A stretch of DNA of 64,000 bases from Candidatus Omnitrophota bacterium. GTDB lineage: Bacteria; Omnitrophota; Gorgyraeia; Zapsychrales; Zapsychraceae. The notes beneath the pieces are model-generated. The model had not been told where the DNA came from and ran no database searches. It saw only the letters and a program-made list of their open reading frames with translations. Positions within the stretch are counted from its first letter, which is position 1, and each line of letters opens with the position of its first letter. The stretch lies in assembly GCA_021108075.1 (NCBI GenBank), contig JAIORP010000090.1, positions 79,828-143,827 of the forward strand, read 5' to 3'. Made by a program: the position numbers and the translations under genes. Below are positions 47,450 to 56,866 of this stretch, piece by piece.

Positions 47450-47476
47450 TTAGCACTTTATCCATAAGAGTGCTAG
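47450..47476. promoter_or_regulatory. CIRCE element (HrcA operator) upstream of clpB
   Basis: TTAGCACTT-N9-GAGTGCTAG against consensus TTAGCACTC-N9-GAGTGCTAA. It ends 14 nt before the clpB start. Confidence 0.6.
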
Positions 47477-47489
47477 ATTGGAGGTTGCT

Positions 47490-50069
47490 ATGATAAATTT
47501 TGAAAAATTAACCGCTAAAAGTAAAAGCTCTGTCCAGAAGGCGATGGAGCTGGCAGCAGCTTTGAAACACCAACAGATTGAATCGAATCATTTATTGTAT
47601 GCCATCCTGAAGGATGACGATAGCCCGGTTCTCGGGGTCCTTGAAAAGATGGATGTTGCTCTTGATAGCTTAAGGGCTTCGCTCGAAGAGACGTTTCAAA
47701 AAAAATCACAAGTGGAAGGCCAATACCAACCCTATATCTCGAACAGCCTTAATCAAGTTTTCCAGTCTTCTCAAAAAATATCTCAGGATTTTAAAGATCA
47801 CTTTATTGCCCTGGAACATTTATTTTTAGCTTTGTGTCAGGAAAACGATCTGTTAAAAAAAGAGTTGAAGTCGAACAATATTGATTTTTTAAAAATAAAA
47901 GAAAGTTTTAAGCAGATGCGGGGGGCCCAGCAGGCAAATGATGAGTTTGCGGAAAGCAAATATCAGGCCTTAGAAAAGTACGCTCATAATTTAACTAAAA
48001 GCGCACAAAAAGGCGAATTAGATCCCGTGATCGGACGTGATAATGAAATAAGGCGGGTTATACAGGTTTTGTCCCGTCGGAAAAAAAATAATCCTGTCTT
48101 AATCGGTGAACCTGGCGTTGGAAAAACGGCCTTGGCCGAGGGATTGGCACAACGGATATATCTTGGCGATGTTCCTGAAGGACTGAAAAAAAAACAGGTG
48201 ATGAGTTTAGATATGGGGGCTCTCGTGGCGGGGACGAAGTATCGCGGCGAATTTGAAGATCGCTTAAAAGCCGTTTTAAAAGAAATCGAAGCCAGAGATG
48301 GTGACATTATCCTATTTATCGATGAACTGCATATGATCGTCGGGGCTGGAAAAACGGAAGGGGCCATGGATGCGTCGAACATGCTTAAGCCTGCCTTAGC
48401 CAGAGGGACTTTGCGCTGTATCGGGGCGACAACCTTAGATGAGTATCGGAAACACATTGAAAAAGATGCCGCCCTGGAACGCCGTTTTCAGCCTGTTGTT
48501 ATTGAAGAACCATCGTTGGAAGATACCATTACCATATTAAGAGGATTGAAAGAGCGGTATGAAATCCATCATGGGGTAAGGATTCAAGACGGTGCGATTA
48601 TTGCGGCGGCAACCCTTTCACAGCGTTATATTACAGACCGTTTTTTACCGGACAAAGCGATTGATTTGATCGATGAGGCCGCATCCGCTATCCGCATTGA
48701 CATCGATAGTATGCCGCATGAACTTGATAAAAGTAATCGGCGGATCCGACAATTAGAAATTGAAAGGCAAGCCTTAAAGAAAGAAAAGGATAAGGCGTCA
48801 AAAGATCGGTTAAAGAAATTGGAAGAGGAGCTGGAAAATATACAAGAAAAAAATCGTGCCTTGCATATGAAATGGAAAAGAGAAAAAGACGCGATTTCGT
48901 CCATTCGATACATTAAAACAGAGATTGAGCAAGCCAGAGTATTAGAATCGCAATATGAAAAAGAAGGAAATTTGGAGCGGGTCGCGGAAATTCGTTATGG
49001 CAAACTCATTGAGCTGGAAAAAAAACTGGAGCGGGACAATGAAGCTTTAGCCCGGATTCAAAAGAAAGAAGCGCTGTTAAAAGAAGAGGTCGATGATCAG
49101 GATATCGCGGCCGTTGTTTCCCGTTGGACAAAAATCCCTCTTTCAAAGTTGATGGAAGGAGAGACGCAAAAATTGATGCATCTAGAAGAATATTTGCATA
49201 AACGGGTTGTTGGTCAGGATGATGCGATTGGCCTGATCGCGGCCTGTCTTCGGCGTGCAAGGACAGGGTTGCATGATCCCCGGAGACCCCTGGGTTCTTT
49301 TTTATTTGTCGGGCCAACCGGTGTGGGCAAGACAGAGTCAGCGAAGTCCCTGGCGTCGTTATTGTTTAATGATGAACATGCGTTAATTCGAATTGATATG
49401 AGCGAATATATGGAAAAACATAGTGTTTCACGTTTGTTCGGGGCACCTCCGGGATACGTGGGATACGATGAAGGTGGCCAGTTGACGGAAAGTGTCCGGC
49501 GCAAACCCTATTCTGTTGTGTTGTTTGATGAAATCGAAAAAGCCCATCAGGATGTTTTCAACGCATTGTTACAGATATTAGACGAAGGGCATTTAACAGA
49601 TAATCATGGTCGCAGGATCAATTTTAAGAACACGATTATCATCATGACCTCCAATATCGGTTCAGATATTATTTTAGAACTGGATAATATGGAAGAAATA
49701 AATGCGTCCATCCAATCTGCCCTGGCCGGGAAATTCCGGCCGGAATTTTTGAACCGTATTGATGAGACGATTGTTTTTCACCGATTGGAGAAACAACACA
49801 TGATTGAGATTCTGGATATTTTATTAAAACAAATAAATCAACGCCTGCAAGTTAAAAACCGTTTGATCAAATTGACGGAGGAAGCCAGGGAGTGGATCGC
49901 CCAAAAAGGATATAACCCTGCTTATGGCGCGCGGCCGTTAAAGCGACTTGTCCAAAAAATAATCGAAAATCCTTTAGCGATGAAAATTTTAAAGGGAGAT
50001 TTTCCTGAAGGAAAAAAGATTGAAATCGGCTGTGATGACAAGGCAGAGTTGGTTTTTAAATTATATTAG
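47490..50069 (+). CDS. clpB: Chaperone ClpB (AAA+ disaggregase)
   Basis: Clp_N, two AAA modules (GEPGVGKTA; GPTGVGKTE) and a long middle coiled-coil. The ATG at 47490 follows the GGAGG SD. The track begins at an upstream TTG. Confidence 0.9.
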   Translation: MINFEKLTAKSKSSVQKAMELAAALKHQQIESNHLLYAILKDDDSPVLGVLEKMDVALDSLRASLEETFQKKSQVEGQYQPYISNSLNQVFQSSQKISQDFKDHFIALEHLFLALCQENDLLKKELKSNNIDFLKIKESFKQMRGAQQANDEFAESKYQALEKYAHNLTKSAQKGELDPVIGRDNEIRRVIQVLSRRKKNNPVLIGEPGVGKTALAEGLAQRIYLGDVPEGLKKKQVMSLDMGALVAGTKYRGEFEDRLKAVLKEIEARDGDIILFIDELHMIVGAGKTEGAMDASNMLKPALARGTLRCIGATTLDEYRKHIEKDAALERRFQPVVIEEPSLEDTITILRGLKERYEIHHGVRIQDGAIIAAATLSQRYITDRFLPDKAIDLIDEAASAIRIDIDSMPHELDKSNRRIRQLEIERQALKKEKDKASKDRLKKLEEELENIQEKNRALHMKWKREKDAISSIRYIKTEIEQARVLESQYEKEGNLERVAEIRYGKLIELEKKLERDNEALARIQKKEALLKEEVDDQDIAAVVSRWTKIPLSKLMEGETQKLMHLEEYLHKRVVGQDDAIGLIAACLRRARTGLHDPRRPLGSFLFVGPTGVGKTESAKSLASLLFNDEHALIRIDMSEYMEKHSVSRLFGAPPGYVGYDEGGQLTESVRRKPYSVVLFDEIEKAHQDVFNALLQILDEGHLTDNHGRRINFKNTIIIMTSNIGSDIILELDNMEEINASIQSALAGKFRPEFLNRIDETIVFHRLEKQHMIEILDILLKQINQRLQVKNRLIKLTEEAREWIAQKGYNPAYGARPLKRLVQKIIENPLAMKILKGDFPEGKKIEIGCDDKAELVFKLY

Positions 50070-50170
50070 AGCAAAAAACAATTGAAACTAATATATTTAA
50101 ATGTTGAATAATCAGAAAAAGAAATTAGAATATAAAAGAATAACAGGATAGAAATATTAAGGGGGTTTTA

Positions 50171-50671
50171 ATGTTAAGAAAATTTTTAGTGCTTTTTCTC
50201 ATTGTTCTTTTGGCTGGATGCGGTTCTCCCAAGAAGACAAAGTATCAGGGGGTTGAAGCCGATAATAATTATGTTGAAAAGGGAATGAAGTTTTTATCCC
50301 AGGGAGATGTCTTAAAAGCCATTAAAAATTTTGACATGGCGATAAAGAACGATCCTAATAATATAAAGAACTATTTAACCTTAGCCCAGGTTTATATCCG
50401 TTTAAAAAACTATCCGCGTGCCATTGACACCCTTTCTGCGGCAACGCGTGTGGATCCGATTAACGGTGATGTCTACTATTTGTTGTCGGTCAGCCAACGA
50501 CTCAATGGTGATTTAAAAGGAGCGATTGATTCTGCCAAAAAGAGTGTTGTTTTGTTTCAGCGCTCAGGCGATCAGGACAATTTTAGCCGTTCCGCGGGAG
50601 TTTTGAAGAAATTGATGCAGGAAGCGCAACAATTCCAATCCCGGGCGGATGAGGCACCAACACAACCTTAA
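50171..50671 (+). CDS. TPR-repeat lipoprotein
   Basis: Lipobox LLAGC followed by TPR-like repeats. Confidence 0.55.
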   Translation: MLRKFLVLFLIVLLAGCGSPKKTKYQGVEADNNYVEKGMKFLSQGDVLKAIKNFDMAIKNDPNNIKNYLTLAQVYIRLKNYPRAIDTLSAATRVDPINGDVYYLLSVSQRLNGDLKGAIDSAKKSVVLFQRSGDQDNFSRSAGVLKKLMQEAQQFQSRADEAPTQP

Positions 50672-52266
50672 TGTGTTTGAAAATTAAGACCGCGTTGTTA
50701 TCTGTCTTTGGGTTAGCTTTTTGCTCGCTATTCTTTTTTTTGTCTTTTCCTAACGCGCTTTCTCACCAGGGCCATTCATTTTTTCTCTGCTTTTTTTTGT
50801 TTCCATTCTTTTATTTCGTCCGGGATTGTTATGGTTTTAATCGGATACTGCATGGCCTTTTTTTAGGCGTATTTATGTATGGGCTGCTTGTTTTGTGGCT
50901 CTTCGGTGTTCATCCGTTCGGATATTTTTTATTTGTCATCTTTTTATCTCTGCAGACAATCATATTTTGTCTGTTGTATATTGATCCTCGTAAGTGCTTA
51001 ACGAAAAACCATTCTCTTTTAGATGCTGAGGGCAATGCTTTTTATTCCAGGGTGCTGGTTATGTCCGGTTGTTTTTATCTTCCGAGCCTCTGGGTCATGA
51101 GCGAATATTTACGCACATTATTCCTGCGAGGATTTTCTTGGAGCATTGCTCATGGGCTGAGTCATATCCCCGGCTTTTTAAGGATATGCCGTTACACGGG
51201 TTCTTATGGCATGTCTTTTGTCTTGATACTGGTTAATGTTTTGATCTTTTTTATGCTTCAAAGAAAACGTTCAATAACATATTATGTCTATATGCTTCTT
51301 ATTCCCCTTTCTGTTTTTGGCCTATTTCATCTGGCAGAAAATGATATCGTCCTGATAAATGAAAATATTTCTGTCGCACAAGAACAAGATATTTTAATGG
51401 TTTGTTCCATTCAGCCTCACTTAGATGCGCGGGATAAAGCGCATCTAATGCATTTAGACCGCATGATGGATGATAACATCGCTTTATCAAAACGATGCAC
51501 GCAAGATCGTCCGGTGGATTTAATTGTCTGGCCGGAGACAGCGATCCCCGACGATGTTATCCGAAACCGGACTGTAAACGTTCGGGTTAAAAACCTCGCG
51601 CGGGCTTTAGACACGCATTTGCTCATCGGCTCTGCTCTTGAGATCCAGAAGAATGACTACAATAGTGTTGTTTTTTTTGACCGCGAGGGGAAGGATAGAG
51701 GTTTTTATCATAAAATAAAATTGATTCCATTCGCGGAATATCAACCACCTTTCTTTGATCAAGTTATTTTTAAGGCGATGATCTTACCGAAAAGTTATGA
51801 TTTTCAGGCCGGGGAGCGGGTTTGTTCCTTCCCGTTAAAGACGGGGACCAATAAACGGGTTTTTCGTTTTGGAAGCATTATTTGCTCAGAAGAATTTTAT
51901 CCCGGATTATTACGTCGCGTCAAAAATGAAAATAATGATTGTGTTATTTCTGTGCTGAATGATCAATGGTTCCCGCCCCCTGCGAAGCGATTGCATTGGC
52001 AGGCAGCTGTGATGCGTGCGGTTGAATTTGGTTTTCCTGTCTTGCGTTCGGCTAATGATGGCATAACGGATTGGATTGATTATCAAGGCCGTTCCGATAA
52101 TATCAGGAACACAGCATTGGCGCAGGGCAAAGGCATTCACATTTTTGCTGTAGAGAAAAAAAAGCAATCGACCTTTTACCAAAAATATGGTGATGTTTTT
52201 GCTCAGATGTGTTGTGTTTTTGTTATAATGTTTAAGTTCTTAGATGCCGTATTTATTAAAGCGTAG
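50671..52266 (+). CDS. lnt: Apolipoprotein N-acyltransferase
   Basis: Multi-TM N-terminal domain plus a C-terminal CN-hydrolase domain (WPETAIP, ...SIICSEEFYP). Confidence 0.7.
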   Translation: MCLKIKTALLSVFGLAFCSLFFFLSFPNALSHQGHSFFLCFFLFPFFYFVRDCYGFNRILHGLFLGVFMYGLLVLWLFGVHPFGYFLFVIFLSLQTIIFCLLYIDPRKCLTKNHSLLDAEGNAFYSRVLVMSGCFYLPSLWVMSEYLRTLFLRGFSWSIAHGLSHIPGFLRICRYTGSYGMSFVLILVNVLIFFMLQRKRSITYYVYMLLIPLSVFGLFHLAENDIVLINENISVAQEQDILMVCSIQPHLDARDKAHLMHLDRMMDDNIALSKRCTQDRPVDLIVWPETAIPDDVIRNRTVNVRVKNLARALDTHLLIGSALEIQKNDYNSVVFFDREGKDRGFYHKIKLIPFAEYQPPFFDQVIFKAMILPKSYDFQAGERVCSFPLKTGTNKRVFRFGSIICSEEFYPGLLRRVKNENNDCVISVLNDQWFPPPAKRLHWQAAVMRAVEFGFPVLRSANDGITDWIDYQGRSDNIRNTALAQGKGIHIFAVEKKKQSTFYQKYGDVFAQMCCVFVIMFKFLDAVFIKA

Positions 52267-52275
52267 AGGGCCGTC

Positions 52276-52815
52276 ATGACACAAAGGGCGTTTTTAGTTA
52301 TGGGGATGGTGTTGTTTGGTTTAGCCGTATCCTTTGATAAACAGGTGCATGCGGCGGGAGTTGTTGCCAGACAACAGCAGATGCAAAAAAAGCAGATTGA
52401 GCAGCAAAGGAAACAAAATTCCGTTCGGGAATCTGTCCGGCAACAGCCTATTGATAGGGAAGGTGAAAGCGAAATATTAGATCTGGCGGCCATCTGGCTG
52501 GAGCTTGAATCGAGCAGTGAGGTTTGGATTCGAATGATGGATCAGGGTCCCAAAGAGATTACCGTGGAAAAGTATTTGGAGCAGTTTCGGCAAAAAGGGA
52601 TTCGAATTCAAAAATCAGCCGCGCATTATGTGCAGTTGCTTGATTCCATGGGGCGACAGAATCCAGGTTTATTGCAGCAACCGTTCAGTCCATTATTACG
52701 TTTTATTGTCATTATGGAATATGATTTTGATAATGGGATGGATAAAGATGCCTTGGCCCATAAAGTATTAGGTGAGAAAATTTATCAGCAGAACAAGCAA
52801 CGGCTGGGGTTTTAG
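52276..52815 (+). CDS. Secreted hypothetical protein (Gln/Arg-rich N-terminal region)
   Basis: Signal peptide. No recognisable domain. Confidence 0.4.
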   Translation: MTQRAFLVMGMVLFGLAVSFDKQVHAAGVVARQQQMQKKQIEQQRKQNSVRESVRQQPIDREGESEILDLAAIWLELESSSEVWIRMMDQGPKEITVEKYLEQFRQKGIRIQKSAAHYVQLLDSMGRQNPGLLQQPFSPLLRFIVIMEYDFDNGMDKDALAHKVLGEKIYQQNKQRLGF

Positions 52816-52931
52816 TGTTTTGTAACATTTTTTTTGTTGTTATGTTGTTTTCATATCTATGCGGGGGAAGAAAAGCCATAAATGTTTGAAATATAAATAT
52901 TTACAACTCAAAAAAATAAGGGGGTTATTGT

Positions 52932-54287
52932 ATGAAATGGATTCCTTTGGTGATGTGTTTTGTTTTGGTTTCAGGAGGTATCTGTGAGGCTAAAGTTGAT
53001 CTCGTGAGTCTTCCGAGTCGCGATAGTGTGCAGTTAACGATTTATAATTCCGCAGATTTAACACTGGCAAAAGAAAGCCGGTCCCTTACCCTGAAAGAAG
53101 GTTTCAATGATCTTCAATTCTCCTGGGCGAATACCTTGATTGATCCAACGAGCTTAGAGCTTGTTCCATTAACAAATGCTGATCGAATTGACGTTCAAGC
53201 ACTAACCTATCCTCCGAGAGTTAAAAATTTGGGATTATGGAACATTGACAGTGGCCTGAGCGGACAAATTCCTGTTGAAATTAGCTATTTGACGAGTGGT
53301 TTAAGTTGGCGTGCTTTTTATCTTGGAACATTAACACCGGATGAAAAGGAAATGAGGTTAAAGGGATATGTCCGCGTTCTTAATAATAGTGGCGAAGATT
53401 ATGAAAATGCTCAAGTCCGTCTGATTGTCGGCAAGGTTCACATCATTGATCAGATAGCCCAATTGGCTCAAAGGCAATATCCGTATGAACGTCCGGGAAT
53501 TTATCCTGCGGCACAACCGGAGGTGCACTCAAAACGAAGTCGCCAGGATGTGCGCGTGATGAAGTCCGTCATGATGGGAGAGGGTATAGCTTTTGGCTCT
53601 GTCGCCCCGATGGAGACCAAGGAGATTATTAAAGAAGGTTTGAGCGAATATTTTTTATATACGATTGAGGGCCGGGAAACCATTCTAAATGGATGGTCAA
53701 AGAGATTACCGAGCTTTGATGTCGCGAGCGTGCCAGTGGTTAATCTGTATAAATATGAAGAGGAGCGATACGGTTATCAGGTGATCCGTTTTTTAAGTTT
53801 TAAAAATGATGAGGATCACCTGTTGGGGGAAACACCGATTCCCGGAGGTTTATTAAAAGTATTTCGAAATGTTGATGCGGAGAATCATTTAAGCTATGAA
53901 GGACAAAGTGAATTCAAGTATATCCCGATTGACGAGGATGTTGAGCTGAATTTAGGTGCGGTGCAGAATATCGTTGTTGAACCCAAGCTGATGAATCTTA
54001 AAACGGAAAATTTTATGTTTGACCGTCATGGGAATATTAATGGATGGGATGAGGTCCGAACGTACAAAATGGAAGTGAAAAATACGCGTCAGGTTCCGGT
54101 TGAGGTTGAGATTAAACGGAATTTTAATGCTCTCAAATGGGATATCCACAATGAAGGTGCTGAGGTGAAATATGAAAAAATTGACGCCAATACAGTGAAA
54201 TACAAATTAGCGTTACAATCAAAAGAAAATAAAACGTTTCAATATACTCTACGGACATTTCATGGCCGTAGAGGAGACCACAAATAA
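52932..54287 (+). CDS. Secreted ~450-aa protein, paralog P1 of a 5-gene tandem family (possibly the DUF4139/DUF4140 'MuiA-like' family, unverified)
   Basis: Signal peptide, conserved N-terminal domain KVDLVSLPSRDSVQLTIYNSADLTL..., SYLTSGLSWRAFYLGTL, a variable central segment and a conserved C-terminus ending FHGRRGDHK. Confidence 0.7.
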   Translation: MKWIPLVMCFVLVSGGICEAKVDLVSLPSRDSVQLTIYNSADLTLAKESRSLTLKEGFNDLQFSWANTLIDPTSLELVPLTNADRIDVQALTYPPRVKNLGLWNIDSGLSGQIPVEISYLTSGLSWRAFYLGTLTPDEKEMRLKGYVRVLNNSGEDYENAQVRLIVGKVHIIDQIAQLAQRQYPYERPGIYPAAQPEVHSKRSRQDVRVMKSVMMGEGIAFGSVAPMETKEIIKEGLSEYFLYTIEGRETILNGWSKRLPSFDVASVPVVNLYKYEEERYGYQVIRFLSFKNDEDHLLGETPIPGGLLKVFRNVDAENHLSYEGQSEFKYIPIDEDVELNLGAVQNIVVEPKLMNLKTENFMFDRHGNINGWDEVRTYKMEVKNTRQVPVEVEIKRNFNALKWDIHNEGAEVKYEKIDANTVKYKLALQSKENKTFQYTLRTFHGRRGDHK

Positions 54288-54320
54288 TGGCAATCATCGG
54301 ACCTTAATTAGGAGGCGATA

Positions 54321-55460
54321 ATGAAAAAAAATATGTATTTAAAAAGTGTCATCATGTTAAGTATGTTTTGTTTCTTGAGTTTGTCTGTGGCTGAGGCCCG
54401 GATCAAACTTGTGGCCCTTCCCAAGAGGGCGGACACCATCATCCGGTTGGACAATCCCCAATTTACATTAATAGAAGAAGAACGTGTGCTGACTTTACAA
54501 CAGGGATTAAACAAAGTTGATTTCTCCTGGAACGGTGTCAGTATTGATCCTGATTCGATCCGCATTGATATCCTGTCCCATTCCGACCAGGTCACACTTT
54601 TAAACGTGAGCTATCCGCCAAATGAGAATGCGCTTGTTTGGGAAATTAGCAGTGCCGGAGCGCGGGAAGAAAAGATCCGCGTCAGCTATTTGCTTTCCAA
54701 TATTGACCGATTGATCACATATAAATCCGTTGCTGATAAAGCGGAGACACAGGTCAACTTTAAGAGTCATCTCATTTTGAGGAATTTTTCAGGGGAAGAT
54801 TTTGCTAATGCGAAAGTGTTGCTTGATTATGGTGAATCCTTTGAGGAAGGCATCCGACACGAAGAAACAAAACAACTGCTGTTTCTTAAGGCTGGAACGG
54901 TTCCGATCGAAAAGGTATGGCAATGGGATTCCAAAAAACAAATTTGGGACCCGGAAGAAGTTGATCAAAATGTCGGGATTCCGGTCCATTACCGCATAAC
55001 AAACACAACGGACTCGAACTTAGGTCAGAACGCGTTATGGAATGGTAAAATGCGTGTTTTTCAATTGGATGGTCATGGCAGCACGATTCTGTTAGGCGAA
55101 GATGCTGTTGATTTAACTCCGGTCGGTGAAGATATGGAAGTTTATATCGGTGATAGCCGGGATTTGGTGGTGACGCAGCGTAAGATGGTCGACAAGCAGA
55201 CAAATATTCGGCGTAATACGAGTGGCCGCGTTGTTTTATATGATAACGAAGAGCAGGTAACGGCTAAAATTGAGAACTTCAAAGATACAAACGCGAAATT
55301 AAAAATGGTCCAACATATCCCTGGAGAATGGGATATGCATAGCTGCAATTTCGAATATAAGAAGGAGAACGCAAATACGATTGAATTTGAAATTGATGTG
55401 CCTGCGCAGGGTAAGGCGGAGCTTGTTATGCATTACTTTAGACGAAATATTCGCAATTAA
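54321..55460 (+). CDS. Secreted protein, paralog P2 (divergent, shorter, lacks variable insert)
   Basis: Same N-terminal pattern (RIKLVALPKRADTIIRL...VSYLLSNIDR...) and 379 aa. Confidence 0.6.
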   Translation: MKKNMYLKSVIMLSMFCFLSLSVAEARIKLVALPKRADTIIRLDNPQFTLIEEERVLTLQQGLNKVDFSWNGVSIDPDSIRIDILSHSDQVTLLNVSYPPNENALVWEISSAGAREEKIRVSYLLSNIDRLITYKSVADKAETQVNFKSHLILRNFSGEDFANAKVLLDYGESFEEGIRHEETKQLLFLKAGTVPIEKVWQWDSKKQIWDPEEVDQNVGIPVHYRITNTTDSNLGQNALWNGKMRVFQLDGHGSTILLGEDAVDLTPVGEDMEVYIGDSRDLVVTQRKMVDKQTNIRRNTSGRVVLYDNEEQVTAKIENFKDTNAKLKMVQHIPGEWDMHSCNFEYKKENANTIEFEIDVPAQGKAELVMHYFRRNIRN

Positions 55461-55473
55461 AGGAGGCCGGGCA

Positions 55474-56850
55474 ATGAAAGTGAAGCTTTTCTTTCTTGTT
55501 TTTCTGTTGGTGCCCGGTGTTTCCTTGGCCAAAGTTGATCTTGTGACGCTTCCTCAACGGGATCATGTTCAGTTGACGATTTACAATTCAGCGGACTTAA
55601 CACTTATCAAGGAGAGCCGTTCTTTAACCCTCAAAGAAGGATTTAACGATCTGCAGTTTTCTTGGGTCAACACATTAATCGATCCGACCAGTTTGGAAAT
55701 GCTGCCATTAGCCAACGCGGATCAAATTGATGTCCAATCCTTAACATACCCTCCCCTTTTAAAAAACGTGGGATTATGGCATATACGCAGCTCAGTGAGC
55801 GGTCAAGTCCCTTTTGAAATCAGTTACTTAACGAGTGGTCTCAGCTGGAGGGCGTTCTATTTAGGAACATTAGACCCTGATGAGCAGGAAATGCGTTTGC
55901 AGGGTTTTGTGCGCGTGCAGAACAACAGTGGGGAAGACTATGAAAAGGCTCAAGTTCGATTGATTGTCGGAACAGTGCATGTCATTGATCAGATTTCTTT
56001 TTTAGCTAACCGACAGCACCCCTACGGCTCGCCCGGTATTATTAATTTTGAGCGAGAGCATTGGGGGGGAGGCGAAGATTATGATGCCGATGCGTTGGAT
56101 ATGAAAGATGCGATCGATGAAACCTTTTATGCCCTGGCCGACGCTGAATCATTTAGAGAAGAAGGGGAAATGCGTACGCCGAAGAAAATCATCAAGGAAG
56201 GATTGAGCGAATATTTTTTATACACGATTGAAGGCCGCGAAACAGTTCCAAACGGATGGGCCAAACGCATGCCGAGTTTTGATGTTGAGAAAATACCTGT
56301 TGTCAACCTTTATAAATATGAAGAGGAACGTTATGGCTCGCAGGTCGTTCGTTTTTTGAGTTTTAAAAATGATGAAGACCATCAATTGGGAGAGACGCCT
56401 ATCCCGGGTGGCATGTTAAAAGTTTTTCGTCAAGTCGACCAGGAAAAACACTTGAGCTATGAGGGGCAAAGTGGCTTTAAATATATTCCTGTCGATGAAG
56501 AGGTCGAGTTGAATATGGGTGGCGTTCAGAATGTCATCGTCGAACCAACCCTGATGGATTATCAATCGGCAAACTATATGTTCGACCGGTATGGAAATAT
56601 TATCGGTTGGGATGAAATACGGGAATATAAGATTAAACTGAAAAACACCCGCCCGATTCCCGTCAAAGTTGAAATCAAAAGAAACATCCATAATTCGAAA
56701 TGGGCCATCCAAAATCAGGGCGATGTCGGCACTTATGAAAAAATTGATGCGGACACGGTTCAATACACGATTCATTTGACGGAACGGGAGAATAAAGAAA
56801 TTGTTTACGCCCTCACGACGTTTCATGGCCGTCGAGCGGATTATCAATGA
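55474..56850 (+). CDS. Secreted protein, paralog P3
   Basis: Start at the ATG after SD AGGAGG, MKVKLFFLVFLLVPGVSLAKVDLVTLPQRDHVQL... C-terminus TTFHGRRADYQ. Confidence 0.7.
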   Translation: MKVKLFFLVFLLVPGVSLAKVDLVTLPQRDHVQLTIYNSADLTLIKESRSLTLKEGFNDLQFSWVNTLIDPTSLEMLPLANADQIDVQSLTYPPLLKNVGLWHIRSSVSGQVPFEISYLTSGLSWRAFYLGTLDPDEQEMRLQGFVRVQNNSGEDYEKAQVRLIVGTVHVIDQISFLANRQHPYGSPGIINFEREHWGGGEDYDADALDMKDAIDETFYALADAESFREEGEMRTPKKIIKEGLSEYFLYTIEGRETVPNGWAKRMPSFDVEKIPVVNLYKYEEERYGSQVVRFLSFKNDEDHQLGETPIPGGMLKVFRQVDQEKHLSYEGQSGFKYIPVDEEVELNMGGVQNVIVEPTLMDYQSANYMFDRYGNIIGWDEIREYKIKLKNTRPIPVKVEIKRNIHNSKWAIQNQGDVGTYEKIDADTVQYTIHLTERENKEIVYALTTFHGRRADYQ

Positions 56851-56866
56851 GGATAAAGGATTTTTA

